Source: Candidatus Poseidoniales archaeon
GTDB taxonomy: Archaea > Thermoplasmatota > Poseidoniia > Poseidoniales > Thalassarchaeaceae
Direction: 5' to 3'
DNA length: 64,000 nt
NCBI GenBank assembly: GCA_012964335.1
Contig: DTUF01000022.1
Span: 30,195-94,194 of the forward strand
This document shows positions 37,356 to 47,200 of the stretch, piece by piece (the stretch's first letter is position 1; each line of letters starts with the position of its first letter). Made by a program: the position numbers and the translations under genes. Under the pieces are notes generated by a model. That model saw only the letters and a program-made list of their open reading frames with translations, did no database searches and was not told the DNA's origin.

Positions 37356-38138
37356 ATGCGGGTCATTGTACTGTCTTCTGGAGGAAAAGATTCGTGTTAC
37401 GCGGTTTGGTGGGCTTTGATGAAAGGTTGGAAAGTTTGTGGCATCGTCACCATCAACATTACTGGAGATGATTCAATGATGTTCCAAGTTCCAGCAACAT
37501 CGATTGCTGGATTACAAGCTAGTTCAGGTGGTATCCCATGGTTCCAAGTGAATGTAGAGGGAGATGAAGAGACTGAAATTGAAGAACTTGAGTCTAAATT
37601 GAGACCAATCTTTGATGGAACTAACAACCCAATTCCTCAACAAATTTGGACGACTGATGAGTTTGAAGAAGTTTGTAACTTTAATGTTAATCTCACCCAA
37701 CCGATAGTAAAACTTGTTCCTGGCCAAACAATAGATGCAATTGTAACAGGTGCATTACGAAGTGATTACCAAAAAACTAGAATTGAACAAATGGCACAAC
37801 GTCTTGGAATCAAATCTTTCTGTCCATTATGGCACCATAATCCATTGAACCACATGCGGGACCTCGTTAACCACGGATTTGAATTATTATTTTGTTCGGT
37901 TTCATGTGATGGATTAAATGAAGATTGGATTGGAAAAAAATTAGACATGAGTAGTTTAGCGGAATTAGAACTACTGGCTGAAAAGAACCGTTTTTCCATT
38001 GATGGTGAAGGCGGGGAATTTGAAACTACTGTCCTAAACAGCCCGTGGATGAATAGAAGAATATCCATCAACGGAGACACTGTTTGGTCTGGTCAGCGGG
38101 GTTATTTATCGATTAACGAAGCTACTTTTGATGAATAA
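37356..38138 (+). CDS. dph6: PP-loop ATP pyrophosphatase of the MJ0570/Dph6 (diphthine-ammonia ligase) family
   Basis: MRVIVLSSGGKDS PP-loop at the ATG at 37356 (ORF-track start 37287 is TTG). Length and C-terminal EGGEFET region fit Dph6. Diverges from psmA. Confidence 0.6.
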   Translation: MRVIVLSSGGKDSCYAVWWALMKGWKVCGIVTINITGDDSMMFQVPATSIAGLQASSGGIPWFQVNVEGDEETEIEELESKLRPIFDGTNNPIPQQIWTTDEFEEVCNFNVNLTQPIVKLVPGQTIDAIVTGALRSDYQKTRIEQMAQRLGIKSFCPLWHHNPLNHMRDLVNHGFELLFCSVSCDGLNEDWIGKKLDMSSLAELELLAEKNRFSIDGEGGEFETTVLNSPWMNRRISINGDTVWSGQRGYLSINEATFDE

Positions 38139-38193
38139 GGTGGGCGTTATGCTCAAACCAAAAGCCCGTCTCGGCCGGACTGAGGATACCTGA

Positions 38194-39543
38194 ATGCCAC
38201 TCTGTCCACTGGATTATCGGTACGGCCGCGACACTGTCAAAGACATCTGGACTGACTTAGGTCGTCACTCTCGTCAACTTGAGGTAGAGCGTGCACTAAT
38301 ATGGGCACACAAAGAACTAGGGAAAGTCTCTGAAGAAGACTATAATGCAATTGCAGCAATCTCTAACCCCAAAAGTGTCACCAAAGAAAGGGTTGAGGAA
38401 ATAGAGAATGAAACTAGACATGACATCATGGCTCTGACCAAAGCAATGGCAGAACAAGCCGGAGATGCCGGGTGGTGTATTCATCTAGGCGCGACATCAA
38501 ATGATATTGTTGATACAGCAGTAGCGTTACAAATCAGGGATTCAATTGATCAACAAACTGAAATCCTATGCACATTAATGTCAACAATCGCTGATTTAGC
38601 AGAAAGGGAACGAGACACAGTTTGCATTGGACGTACTCACGGGCAAGCAGCCGTTCCAATCACATTTGGATTGAAAGTCGCAGTTTGGGTAGATGAATTT
38701 AGACGTCACCTTATTCGATTGCAAGAACTTACTCCGAGAGTTTGTGTAGGTAAGTTCCTAGGGGCAGTTGGCACAGGAGCAGCCCAAGGTGAAAACGCAA
38801 GAGAATTACAAGCAAATATAATGACACACTTAGGATTAGGTTGTCCTCTCGTAACTACCCAAGTAGTAGGACGTGACCGATATATCGAGTGGGTTTCTTG
38901 GATGGCAAATGTTGCCACCAGTGTTGAAAAGGTATTACAAGAAATTAGAAATCTACAACGGACGGAAATCGCAGAAGTTTACGAGTATTTTGACGTAGAA
39001 AAGCAAGTGGGTTCCTCAACTATGGCTCACAAACGTAACCCAATTACTGCTGAAAACGCCTGTGGGCTGGCTCGCGTCGTAAGGGCAATGATGTTACCCA
39101 CATGGGAAAATGCCCTACTTTGGCATGAGAGGGATTTGGCTAACTCCAGTGCTGAGAGGTTTACACTTTCCCATTCTGTTGTTCTTTTGGATGACGTTTT
39201 ATCAAAATGTAATAGCGTGTTGAGTAAATTAGTAGTTGACAAGGACAACATGTTACGAAATATCAATTCACAAAATGGGCTAGTTATGGCTGAAAAAGTC
39301 ATGATAGCTCTTGTAGAGAAGGGAATACCTAGAGATGAAGCACATGAAGTCCTTCGGTCAGCATCGATGGAATCGTTAGAGAAAGGAGTACACTTAGAAG
39401 ATATTTGTGCAATGACTCCAACAATAGCAGCAGCATTTGATGGAGATGAACTTCATGGTTTATTTGATCCTAACAGCCATCTTGGTGTATCTGCAGAATT
39501 GGTTGATGAAGCAGTAGCACTAGCAAGGGCTGCTATCAAGTGA
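38194..39543 (+). CDS. purB: adenylosuccinate lyase
   Basis: PLDYRYG (SPLDGRYG motif), fumarase/ASL-family signature region GSSTMAHKRNP. 449 aa. Confidence 0.85.
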   Translation: MPLCPLDYRYGRDTVKDIWTDLGRHSRQLEVERALIWAHKELGKVSEEDYNAIAAISNPKSVTKERVEEIENETRHDIMALTKAMAEQAGDAGWCIHLGATSNDIVDTAVALQIRDSIDQQTEILCTLMSTIADLAERERDTVCIGRTHGQAAVPITFGLKVAVWVDEFRRHLIRLQELTPRVCVGKFLGAVGTGAAQGENARELQANIMTHLGLGCPLVTTQVVGRDRYIEWVSWMANVATSVEKVLQEIRNLQRTEIAEVYEYFDVEKQVGSSTMAHKRNPITAENACGLARVVRAMMLPTWENALLWHERDLANSSAERFTLSHSVVLLDDVLSKCNSVLSKLVVDKDNMLRNINSQNGLVMAEKVMIALVEKGIPRDEAHEVLRSASMESLEKGVHLEDICAMTPTIAAAFDGDELHGLFDPNSHLGVSAELVDEAVALARAAIK

Positions 39544-39754
39544 TTAACATCAATCCACCGAGCGCCAAGCCAGTGAATGTTGCAGTGATGACCAATAAAA
39601 GAATCATCGCTTGTGGGCCATACTGATTTTTGTCTAACAAGGCAGTACCAATTAACCCATGAGTACGCAATGCACCACGCAATCCACCTTCTACTTCCTC
39701 AAATGCTGGGAGTGACCGTCGAGGGATTCTCTCCCCTTCTCGAATACTACTCAT
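39536..39754 (-). CDS. possible small single-TM protein
   Basis: 72-74 aa ORF (GTG 39760 / ATG 39754) filling an otherwise 230-bp gap. TM helix MILLLVITATFTGLALGGLMLIT. No other support. Confidence 0.2.
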   Translation of the reverse strand: MSSIREGERIPRRSLPAFEEVEGGLRGALRTHGLIGTALLDKNQYGPQAMILLLVITATFTGLALGGLMLIT

Positions 39755-39772
39755 GGCCACCCCACAGAGTGA

Positions 39773-40423
39773 ATGGTCATAGCGATTACCGAAGAATGTG
39801 TGGTTTTCAAACTAAGTATTCAAAAACCTCCAAACAAACGAAACGCCGTGGCCCTCCCAGAATTACCACCAGTTACGCACTTGGCTGTGGCCGAAGGTTG
39901 TGGTGGAACTTCATTGGCGTTACAGTATGCACGTGATACTTTGAAGGATGGGGGTAGGGTAATTTGGGTTTGCGAAAAATCACCTGATTCGGGTCGATTT
40001 AGTCAAATCCTTTGTGATATAGATGTGGTTTCACTTGCAAAATTTCACATGATGGAGTGTGGTGAAACCATTTCAGGTGGCGTTCTAACTGCGGGTAAAC
40101 TAGCTGAAAGATTAACTCCACAATTATTTGTCGTTGATGATTGGACACCGCGAACCGGACAGCCAGATAGATTAGCGATTTCTGCAATTGAATCCATCTC
40201 AAAAATCCTCGGTCCTACCCAGTGTAAATTACTAATCACTTCTGCACTTTACAGTGATGCTAGCGGTAAAGAGGAATGGAAAACGCGCGGCAAAAAATTG
40301 CTTGAAAAAATCACCCCATCTAATTGGATGCTGACAATTGCGGAGGGTGGTTTACAGAAAAGAATACTTCGTGTTGAAAATGAAATTATTCAACTACAAA
40401 TTAGAGATAAAGGGTTTAGTTGA
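39773..40423 (+). CDS. RecA/KaiC-superfamily-like protein with degenerate Walker A (probable pseudo-ATPase)
   Basis: LAVAEGCGGTSLALQYA occupies the Walker-A position but lacks the Lys (GCGGTS instead of GxxGxGKT/S). Hydrophobic strand LFVVDD at the Walker-B position. 216 aa. Confidence 0.35.
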   Translation: MVIAITEECVVFKLSIQKPPNKRNAVALPELPPVTHLAVAEGCGGTSLALQYARDTLKDGGRVIWVCEKSPDSGRFSQILCDIDVVSLAKFHMMECGETISGGVLTAGKLAERLTPQLFVVDDWTPRTGQPDRLAISAIESISKILGPTQCKLLITSALYSDASGKEEWKTRGKKLLEKITPSNWMLTIAEGGLQKRILRVENEIIQLQIRDKGFS

Positions 40424-40426
40424 GAA

Positions 40427-40690
40427 TTAGTCCTCTTCGTATTCAATTCCCTGAGCTTCTGCGGCAGATGCCAACAAGTCTCCCATTTCATCAAGAGCGT
40501 CATCATCTGGTTCATTGAATTGGGCTGGGTCTTTAGCTTGGCCTCCTAATTCATCGGCGCCAGCAATTACAGGTGCATTCTCAGCAATTACTGATTGTTG
40601 ATTACGCTTTATCATCTTCATAATGAGGTATACTAGAGCCCCTGAAGCAACAAACAACAGAACATATGCTATTGATACTGAATCAACCAT
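40427..40690 (-). CDS. small single-TM protein with acidic C-terminal tail
   Basis: 87 aa, ATG start. TM helix IAYVLLFVASGALVYLIM. C-terminal DDDALDEMGDLLASAAEAQGIEYEED. Confidence 0.3.
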   Translation of the reverse strand: MVDSVSIAYVLLFVASGALVYLIMKMIKRNQQSVIAENAPVIAGADELGGQAKDPAQFNEPDDDALDEMGDLLASAAEAQGIEYEED

Positions 40691-40716
40691 GAGGCGCCGA
40701 GAAGACCTCTCCTCAA

Positions 40717-41967
40717 TTACCCCTTCGCTTGTCGGTTCAGAGGTTTAGCCAAATGACGACGATTTGAACAGAGCGGTTCCACCCATTGCTTGATTGATCC
40801 AAATCTAGTACTGACCCACACTGACTCTTGTGTGTTACCACATTGCTCACACCGTAAAGGCTGTCCAATACCCTGACGACATAATTTCCGCCCACACTTG
40901 CAATTTGGACGTGACAGTGTGCGAGGAACCCCCTCTGTGCACATGAGTGACTCCAAATGAATTTCATTATTTGGGGAAGTAAGTCCTCTCCATTCTACTA
41001 AATCTCCTACAAGAAGCGATTTCAGTAATCTATTGACTTCCCCACCTTGTTTGAAAGCAACGAGTGTACAATGTTTCTGCCCATCAAACACATGAAGAGA
41101 TGCATGACCACCTTTCACTTCTCTAACTTTTGAGATGACAATTCCGTAACACGTTTCCTTGATATGGTCGTCTGTTGCCTGATTGCTTCGATGTACTCGC
41201 ATAGCAATAGCTGCTTCTACATCTTCATTAGACTGTAACCAATTATGTGCTTGCTCAGCAACCGCGTTCTCCTCAGCCCTAATCCCATAGAGAACGGGGC
41301 AAGGAGTTCTAGGTGTAATTAAAGAATCACCCGCATTTGGGTCCCGATTAAGGATCGTCTTAGGGAATTTATCTGACATTGACCCGACCAAAGCACTCGG
41401 GACTTGCCGTCTACTGCCAATATTTTTAGGAATCCTCCAAGCAGTGGCCTCCCAAGTACAATCATTCTCCCCCCTCCACGCAATTGCGCTGGATGCCCCC
41501 ACTAATCCTCTTGCTAAATTAGATGACATTTTGCCATCTTTTTTAGTCCAAATAATAGCAGAAGATACGGCAGTCACATCTTTTAGTCTATCATTTGGAT
41601 TTACATATTTCCTTACCGCGTTCCAATACCACTCTTCTGGGAACCTAGTTTCAGTGAAGACCAAAACCGGGCAAGCAGACTCTGATCCAACTACATTTTC
41701 AGTAGATTTATTTGTAATATATTGATTATTGAACCAATCCTCCAGAACATCAGCTAGATTACTTGTTGATGAATCTGTTAATAATTCAGCAGAAAGCGCG
41801 GCATTACCTCTTGTTCTTTCAGGTGCAAATGGCCATAATCTGACCAAGTTAGGATAGCCAACAACCCTGAAGCCACCATCTTCTAAATGAGTCAAGAGAA
41901 GATGGAAATCCCAAGTAGTACATCCACCATCAACTGAGTCGGTATCATCAAGGCCAATCCAAGCCAT
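40717..41967 (-). CDS. tiaS: tRNA(Ile2) 2-agmatinylcytidine synthetase TiaS
   Basis: MAWIGLDDTDSVDGGCTTWDF matches the TiaS N-terminus (M..VGIDDTDS..GMCTTY). C-terminal zinc ribbon CKCGRKLC...(10 aa)...CEQCGN. The ORF-track TTG start (42051) would overlap gmhB; homology supports ATG 41967. Confidence 0.65.
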   Translation of the reverse strand: MAWIGLDDTDSVDGGCTTWDFHLLLTHLEDGGFRVVGYPNLVRLWPFAPERTRGNAALSAELLTDSSTSNLADVLEDWFNNQYITNKSTENVVGSESACPVLVFTETRFPEEWYWNAVRKYVNPNDRLKDVTAVSSAIIWTKKDGKMSSNLARGLVGASSAIAWRGENDCTWEATAWRIPKNIGSRRQVPSALVGSMSDKFPKTILNRDPNAGDSLITPRTPCPVLYGIRAEENAVAEQAHNWLQSNEDVEAAIAMRVHRSNQATDDHIKETCYGIVISKVREVKGGHASLHVFDGQKHCTLVAFKQGGEVNRLLKSLLVGDLVEWRGLTSPNNEIHLESLMCTEGVPRTLSRPNCKCGRKLCRQGIGQPLRCEQCGNTQESVWVSTRFGSIKQWVEPLCSNRRHLAKPLNRQAKG

Positions 41968-42007
41968 TGATGTAAGGCGCGTGGCGGTAGCACTTGAGGG
42001 CGTCGTT

Positions 42008-42652
42008 TCAGAGAGTGTCACCATTGTCGGAGAAATCAAGTACTCGTTCAATTACATCATCGATACCAATATTTTGATCGCAACGGAATGTTCGTACACC
42101 ATGGTTCAATCCAGCTTTCATGTCTGCAATACGGTCGCCAACCATGAATGAATTACCTTCATCTCTGGGTAGATAATCTATTCCATACTCAAATTTTGAG
42201 ATGTGATTATTAGATTCAGTTGCATCGATAATCTGTCTCCCTACTTGCAACATTCCTGGATTTCCCTTCCTAGCCCAGGCATTACTCCAAGGAACATAAG
42301 GACTGTACAGAACCAATTCAAGATGTGCATCACTATTCTCTTCAAGAAGAATTGTTTGTAGAGCAGAATTAACCTCAGCAAGTCTTTGGTGGTCCCACAA
42401 CCCTCTACCTATGGGTGATTGATTGGTAACTATGCATATTCTAAAACCAGCATCCCGTATTCTTGCAATAGCGGATGCAGCACCTCGTAAAACCTCCAAT
42501 TCATCAACAGAATTAATGTAATTCTCACTACCTACATTGATAACTCCATCACGGTCAAGATATGCTATTCCACCACACCATGTTAGGTTGTTAGGCAAAG
42601 GTGGAAATTCTACTAAGTCAGTTAAACTAGACAAGTGACGGGATGGTAACAT
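42008..42652 (-). CDS. gmhB: D,D-heptose 1,7-bisphosphate phosphatase-like HAD-IIIA hydrolase (GmhB family)
   Basis: AYLDRDGVINV (motif I), IVTNQSPIGRG (motif II), RKGNPGML, FMVGDRIADMKAG (motif III). Co-linear with E. coli GmhB. Confidence 0.6.
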   Translation of the reverse strand: MLPSRHLSSLTDLVEFPPLPNNLTWCGGIAYLDRDGVINVGSENYINSVDELEVLRGAASAIARIRDAGFRICIVTNQSPIGRGLWDHQRLAEVNSALQTILLEENSDAHLELVLYSPYVPWSNAWARKGNPGMLQVGRQIIDATESNNHISKFEYGIDYLPRDEGNSFMVGDRIADMKAGLNHGVRTFRCDQNIGIDDVIERVLDFSDNGDTL

Positions 42653-42664
42653 GTGTAATTCGCC

Positions 42665-43249
42665 TCATGAATGACTTGGAAGATTTCTTTCTAATTTTAC
42701 GGCTTCCTTCACCATGTGATTAATAATCAGTTGCAAATCTTCAATTCTCTCCATAGAAGTAGTTTCACAAATGATTGCTACATCTACCATTTGTGCTAAT
42801 TTACCTCCGCCGCCATTTTTGTAATTCCCAGTGATAGCAGCAGTCCTGCACCCAATTTCACGTGCTTTGACCATACCATTCAACACATTTTCCGAGTTAC
42901 CAGAACCACTGTATCCAACTACTAAATCACCTGCTTTTGCCCAAGTACCAAGAGCGCCTGCGAAGATATTACCGTATCCAGTATCATTTGCCCATGCCGT
43001 CAACGAAGCCGTATTATCGGTGTGACATACTGTCTTAACACCCAATTCTTTACTCCAATCGCCAGCAGAATGAGAGGGAGTGGCGGCGGAACCACCATTT
43101 CCAATGAAATGTATTGTACCTCCATTGTCCATAACAGAAAGTATTTCGCTAGTTAATTGATTCAAATCGGTTTGATTTAGGGCGTTTATCGCATCAATTA
43201 AATCGGCTTTATACGCGTCTAAAAAGCCTGAGAAGTCTACGTTCTCCAT
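42665..43249 (-). CDS. gmhA: phosphoheptose (sedoheptulose-7-phosphate) isomerase, SIS domain
   Basis: IHFIGNGGSAATPSH, YSGSGNSENV. ORF-track start 43264 is TTG; ATG at 43249. Confidence 0.7.
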   Translation of the reverse strand: MENVDFSGFLDAYKADLIDAINALNQTDLNQLTSEILSVMDNGGTIHFIGNGGSAATPSHSAGDWSKELGVKTVCHTDNTASLTAWANDTGYGNIFAGALGTWAKAGDLVVGYSGSGNSENVLNGMVKAREIGCRTAAITGNYKNGGGGKLAQMVDVAIICETTSMERIEDLQLIINHMVKEAVKLERNLPSHS

Positions 43250-43355
43250 GTCACCACTGAACAATCGCTGACGGACAGTCTATTTACGACTTGTTGAACC
43301 ACGACAATACAATGTGGTGGCTTATACCATCAAGAAGAACAGAAGGGAACTCTAA

Positions 43356-44279
43356 ATGGGTATTGAAGAACTAAGGCTAGTATTTGCATTATTGGGGCTT
43401 GCGACCCTAGGATTTGCCTTCCACAGTAAGAGAGAGAATAAATCCACAATTTCTTCAATTGGATGGGTTTCGATTTCAATTTATTTTTTCCTTGATACAC
43501 CTCATTACATAGAACTTGCAGACCCAGTGTTAATCCTAATGTCTGCTGCTACTTTGCCAATTGGCATTGCTATAGGTTTTTGGGACTACAATACTCAAAA
43601 TAGTGGCCAAGAGGAACCGGCATTGCATTGGCTAAAAGGTGCTGTTTTTTGGTCTGCACTTCCATACTTAGCCATTTCATGGATACCTTATCTCTCAGTA
43701 GCACTAGTTTGGTTTACTGCTGTTCAAGCTGTTTTCTTCCTAAGAATCACTGGGATTGCGGATCTGCAAGTTGGAGCTACCCAAGTTGAATACATGGATG
43801 GCTCAACCTCTCTATTTTCAGAATTTACAGGTAATCCCTGGCTTTATCTTGAACCCCTTGGTGAAGGAGGATTCTTTATTCCAATTCTCCACACTGACGG
43901 AACCCCCACAGGTGTATCAATGATTCTTGCATGTAGTGCATTACAATCGATGATTGTCTTCGTAGGTGCACTTATTGCCCTCAATAAAACTCCTTGGAAA
44001 TTGAGAGCACGGGGTCTTTTCATCACATTACCAGTTATCCATATTCTCAATATGTTTCGAAATGCAGGTATAATCTACCTTGATATGACATACAGAGACT
44101 GGCATTGGTTAGGTGTAGGGATGTTTGATTTTGCCCATTCTTATGCTGCAAAAGTAGGCAGTTTATTTGCCATGTTTTTAATGGCGATTGTGCTATTTGA
44201 AATTCTCCCAGAACTTCATAATAATATTCTAAGATTGATGGAGCCTATAATTCCCAAAAAAAGGTCTAACGCTTCTTGA
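43356..44279 (+). CDS. exosortase/archaeosortase-family membrane protein (putative)
   Basis: 307 aa, 7-8 TM. Conserved-looking Cys in ILACSALQSM. Downstream RARG and N-x-x-R (NMFRNAG) resemble the Cys/Arg/NxxR signature of exosortase/archaeosortase. Diverges from gmhA. Confidence 0.45.
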   Translation: MGIEELRLVFALLGLATLGFAFHSKRENKSTISSIGWVSISIYFFLDTPHYIELADPVLILMSAATLPIGIAIGFWDYNTQNSGQEEPALHWLKGAVFWSALPYLAISWIPYLSVALVWFTAVQAVFFLRITGIADLQVGATQVEYMDGSTSLFSEFTGNPWLYLEPLGEGGFFIPILHTDGTPTGVSMILACSALQSMIVFVGALIALNKTPWKLRARGLFITLPVIHILNMFRNAGIIYLDMTYRDWHWLGVGMFDFAHSYAAKVGSLFAMFLMAIVLFEILPELHNNILRLMEPIIPKKRSNAS

Positions 44280-47200
44280 GTTTTTCAAGAACCTTGCCGC
44301 GTAACGGCATACTATGTTCCCAAGCGAATTCTTTCATCACCCTAAGGGCTTGTTTTTCTAATTTAGGATCTGCAACCAGGTCTTTTACATCAATAATATT
44401 CTCTCTGGTATTGGCCTTGAATGCAGCTATAGGTTCTTCATTGTGAAATACTAGATAAGCCGAACCAAATCCAAATCTCTCTCTCAATAACGAAGCAAAG
44501 TATGGTGCCAGAGGGTCAGAGGGAGGTAAAACGAAATCCCTCATTATTGCCACGTCTGTTGAACTCTCAAGCATCTCTTTCCGCCCCCAACAAACTTGAT
44601 TCAAATCTTCTAACAAGAATCCCTTGATTAATTGTCCTTCATCAACAAGATATTGAAGAACTGTCATAATTTCTTCAGGCTTGTATGGCTTCCCAGCCAT
44701 CTTTTCACATTGTTTCATAGTAATAACGGGAATTTCATTAATCAATTCAATCAGATAATCTTGCTTGAATTGCCAATGGTCTGTAATAATGGTCGGGTGA
44801 ACTGTCCGGAATCCCCCTCTGTAGTCTTGAACTAAGTGACCTGAGCGAATTAGTGGTTGGGCAAGTTTCCGGAATTCAGCACGACGTAAAGCATGTCTAT
44901 CCATGAATAACTGAGGGTCTGAATGATCTGTGAAGAACTCTAAAACATCTAATAATTCCTCATTGGGTGGTAGATTACGAATTGTCAATAATCTTTGGAA
45001 ATGCGAATAAGGCGCATATACTCTGTGACCTGTTAGATTGGTACCTTGGTGTAATTGGTTGGCACTTGCCATTGAGGAAAGATTGACTCGGTATGCTTCA
45101 CTGCGCCCTCTTAGAGCAAAGTCATCTCGGATTTCAAAAAGATGCTTTACTGCCATCGTTTCATTTTCACTACGAGAGTCTTGATGCATTTTGTGGTTAT
45201 AGAATAACACCCTAACAGATTCTTTGATTGGACGTGGGTCCATTACTCCGCCACGAATCATTCTGCGACCATCACCAATTGCTTCGAACCCTATTCTAGT
45301 GAACGCATCTATGGTTTCTTTTCGGGCCTCAGAAATATTTTCGCCATTGAAATTTGTTAACACCGAAATTTCAACAAGAGTGTCCCTATAATTCTCTAAT
45401 AAACGTTCAAACTGTTCTACAAATTCATCTAGGTATGCATGTGGAATATGGATATCTTTAATCTCAAGATAATCATTTACTTTGTACATCAATATTCTCC
45501 CAACAGGGTCAACCCCTTTGAAAACGGGGTAGTACCAACCTTGTTTCAGTACGTACCTTACTTCCTGAATAAAACGTGAACAGAATGGGTCAGATTGAGT
45601 TAAGATACGCATTTTCCTATCTTCTCGAATCCGTTTCTTAACCTGAGGGACATCTGATGGAACACAATAGAAATCTGTCAAGCCAGGTTGCAGTGCTACC
45701 ACTTTAGTGATTCTGCCTTGGTCCATAAGCAATTTTAATGTGTCCTCAAGTTCATCACCAGCTCTACTAACGTACCAACCTAAAGTGAACCTTTTTACTG
45801 GACCAATTCTGTTAATTAATTCAACCAAAGCATCGTCAAATGGTAGTGGTTCATACACTTCATACACTCTGTGAAATAAGGAAAGACTTCTTTTTCTCTC
45901 TGGTAATTCTTCATACTGCTTAACGTAAAGTAATTGACGTTCCATATTGTTTAGGGCATATTTTGCTCGATTCATGATATGTTTTGATTCATCATCACGT
46001 GGAATATCAACTAAAATTTGTTGCCTGGTTACATTTTCGCCAGCAGGAACCTTGGTCATTAGTTTAGCCTCCATATCACCAATCCATGGTTCAGGTCTCA
46101 AACCTAGGAGCAGCCCCATTTGGTCTTTTTTCGTATATCCAATCCGATTATGGAGTAATCGACCCATCAACACATCAGAATCATGTTTCATATCCTTCCA
46201 ATCAGCAAAACGAAAATCCTTCACTCTGTCTAATAATTCATGCATCTTTTGAATCATTACATGAGAAGAAAGCGCACCTAATGGGTCATCATGTAATTTG
46301 AATGATTTTGTTAACAATAAGTTTTGCAGGTTCCGATATGCGACTACTTCTTCCTCCCCCCCAGTAAGGTAGTGTTCATCTACTCGTAAGATAAATTCCC
46401 CTTCTTCGGTTTGTCTATAGAACCCAATAGTAACAATATTACGTACCTCTAACTCATGTAATATATTCTCTATCATTGGTTTGGGGAAAGGTAAACGCTC
46501 GACAAGCACGTCTAATGTTTGTGGTCCTTCACTTCCTAGAAGGTCAACTAACTTAACTCGAAGACACTCATGAGGGTCGGAAAGAGTAGTGGGCTCCCAA
46601 GCAATTGCTTCTGTGTCCTTGTACTTAGTACTAGTATCATAAGTTAAACCACCAAGGTATAACTGGCGTAGGTCGTCTAATTCATCTGCATCATGAGATG
46701 ATAAAACACCTAAGGTGCCATGGATATCACCCATTCTTTTTGAAAACCATTTATTGTCAATACCAACATGTCCTGTATTGGTAACTCTGACTATGTCCTC
46801 TCTATCAATAAGTTCACGAATCCAAGTACGAATCTCTTCCTTCTCAATACCTTCCAATTTCTCTCGGTAAAGGGGGTTTTCGTGGTTCTTATCTAAGCCC
46901 CCGCCCATTTCCATTATGTCGAGAAGAGACTCTGCGTTTGTGGGGATTGAAACTTTATCATTGTAGTAAGTATTGACTTGTTCCTCATCTAGTTGGGTTG
47001 CAAGTGCTCTTTGTCCCAACAACCGTCTCAGAATTTCTGGATCAATATCCTTGATTAGATATGCCCTTGTTCTCATTGAGAGTAAATCTTCAAATGCTGA
47101 CATGTAAAGATTCATTCCAATTGGTGAAGGAACCTTTACTCTAGTGTGTAATATTCTTGAACTACCTTGGACTACTTCACTTACGAATTGATTTAATCCC

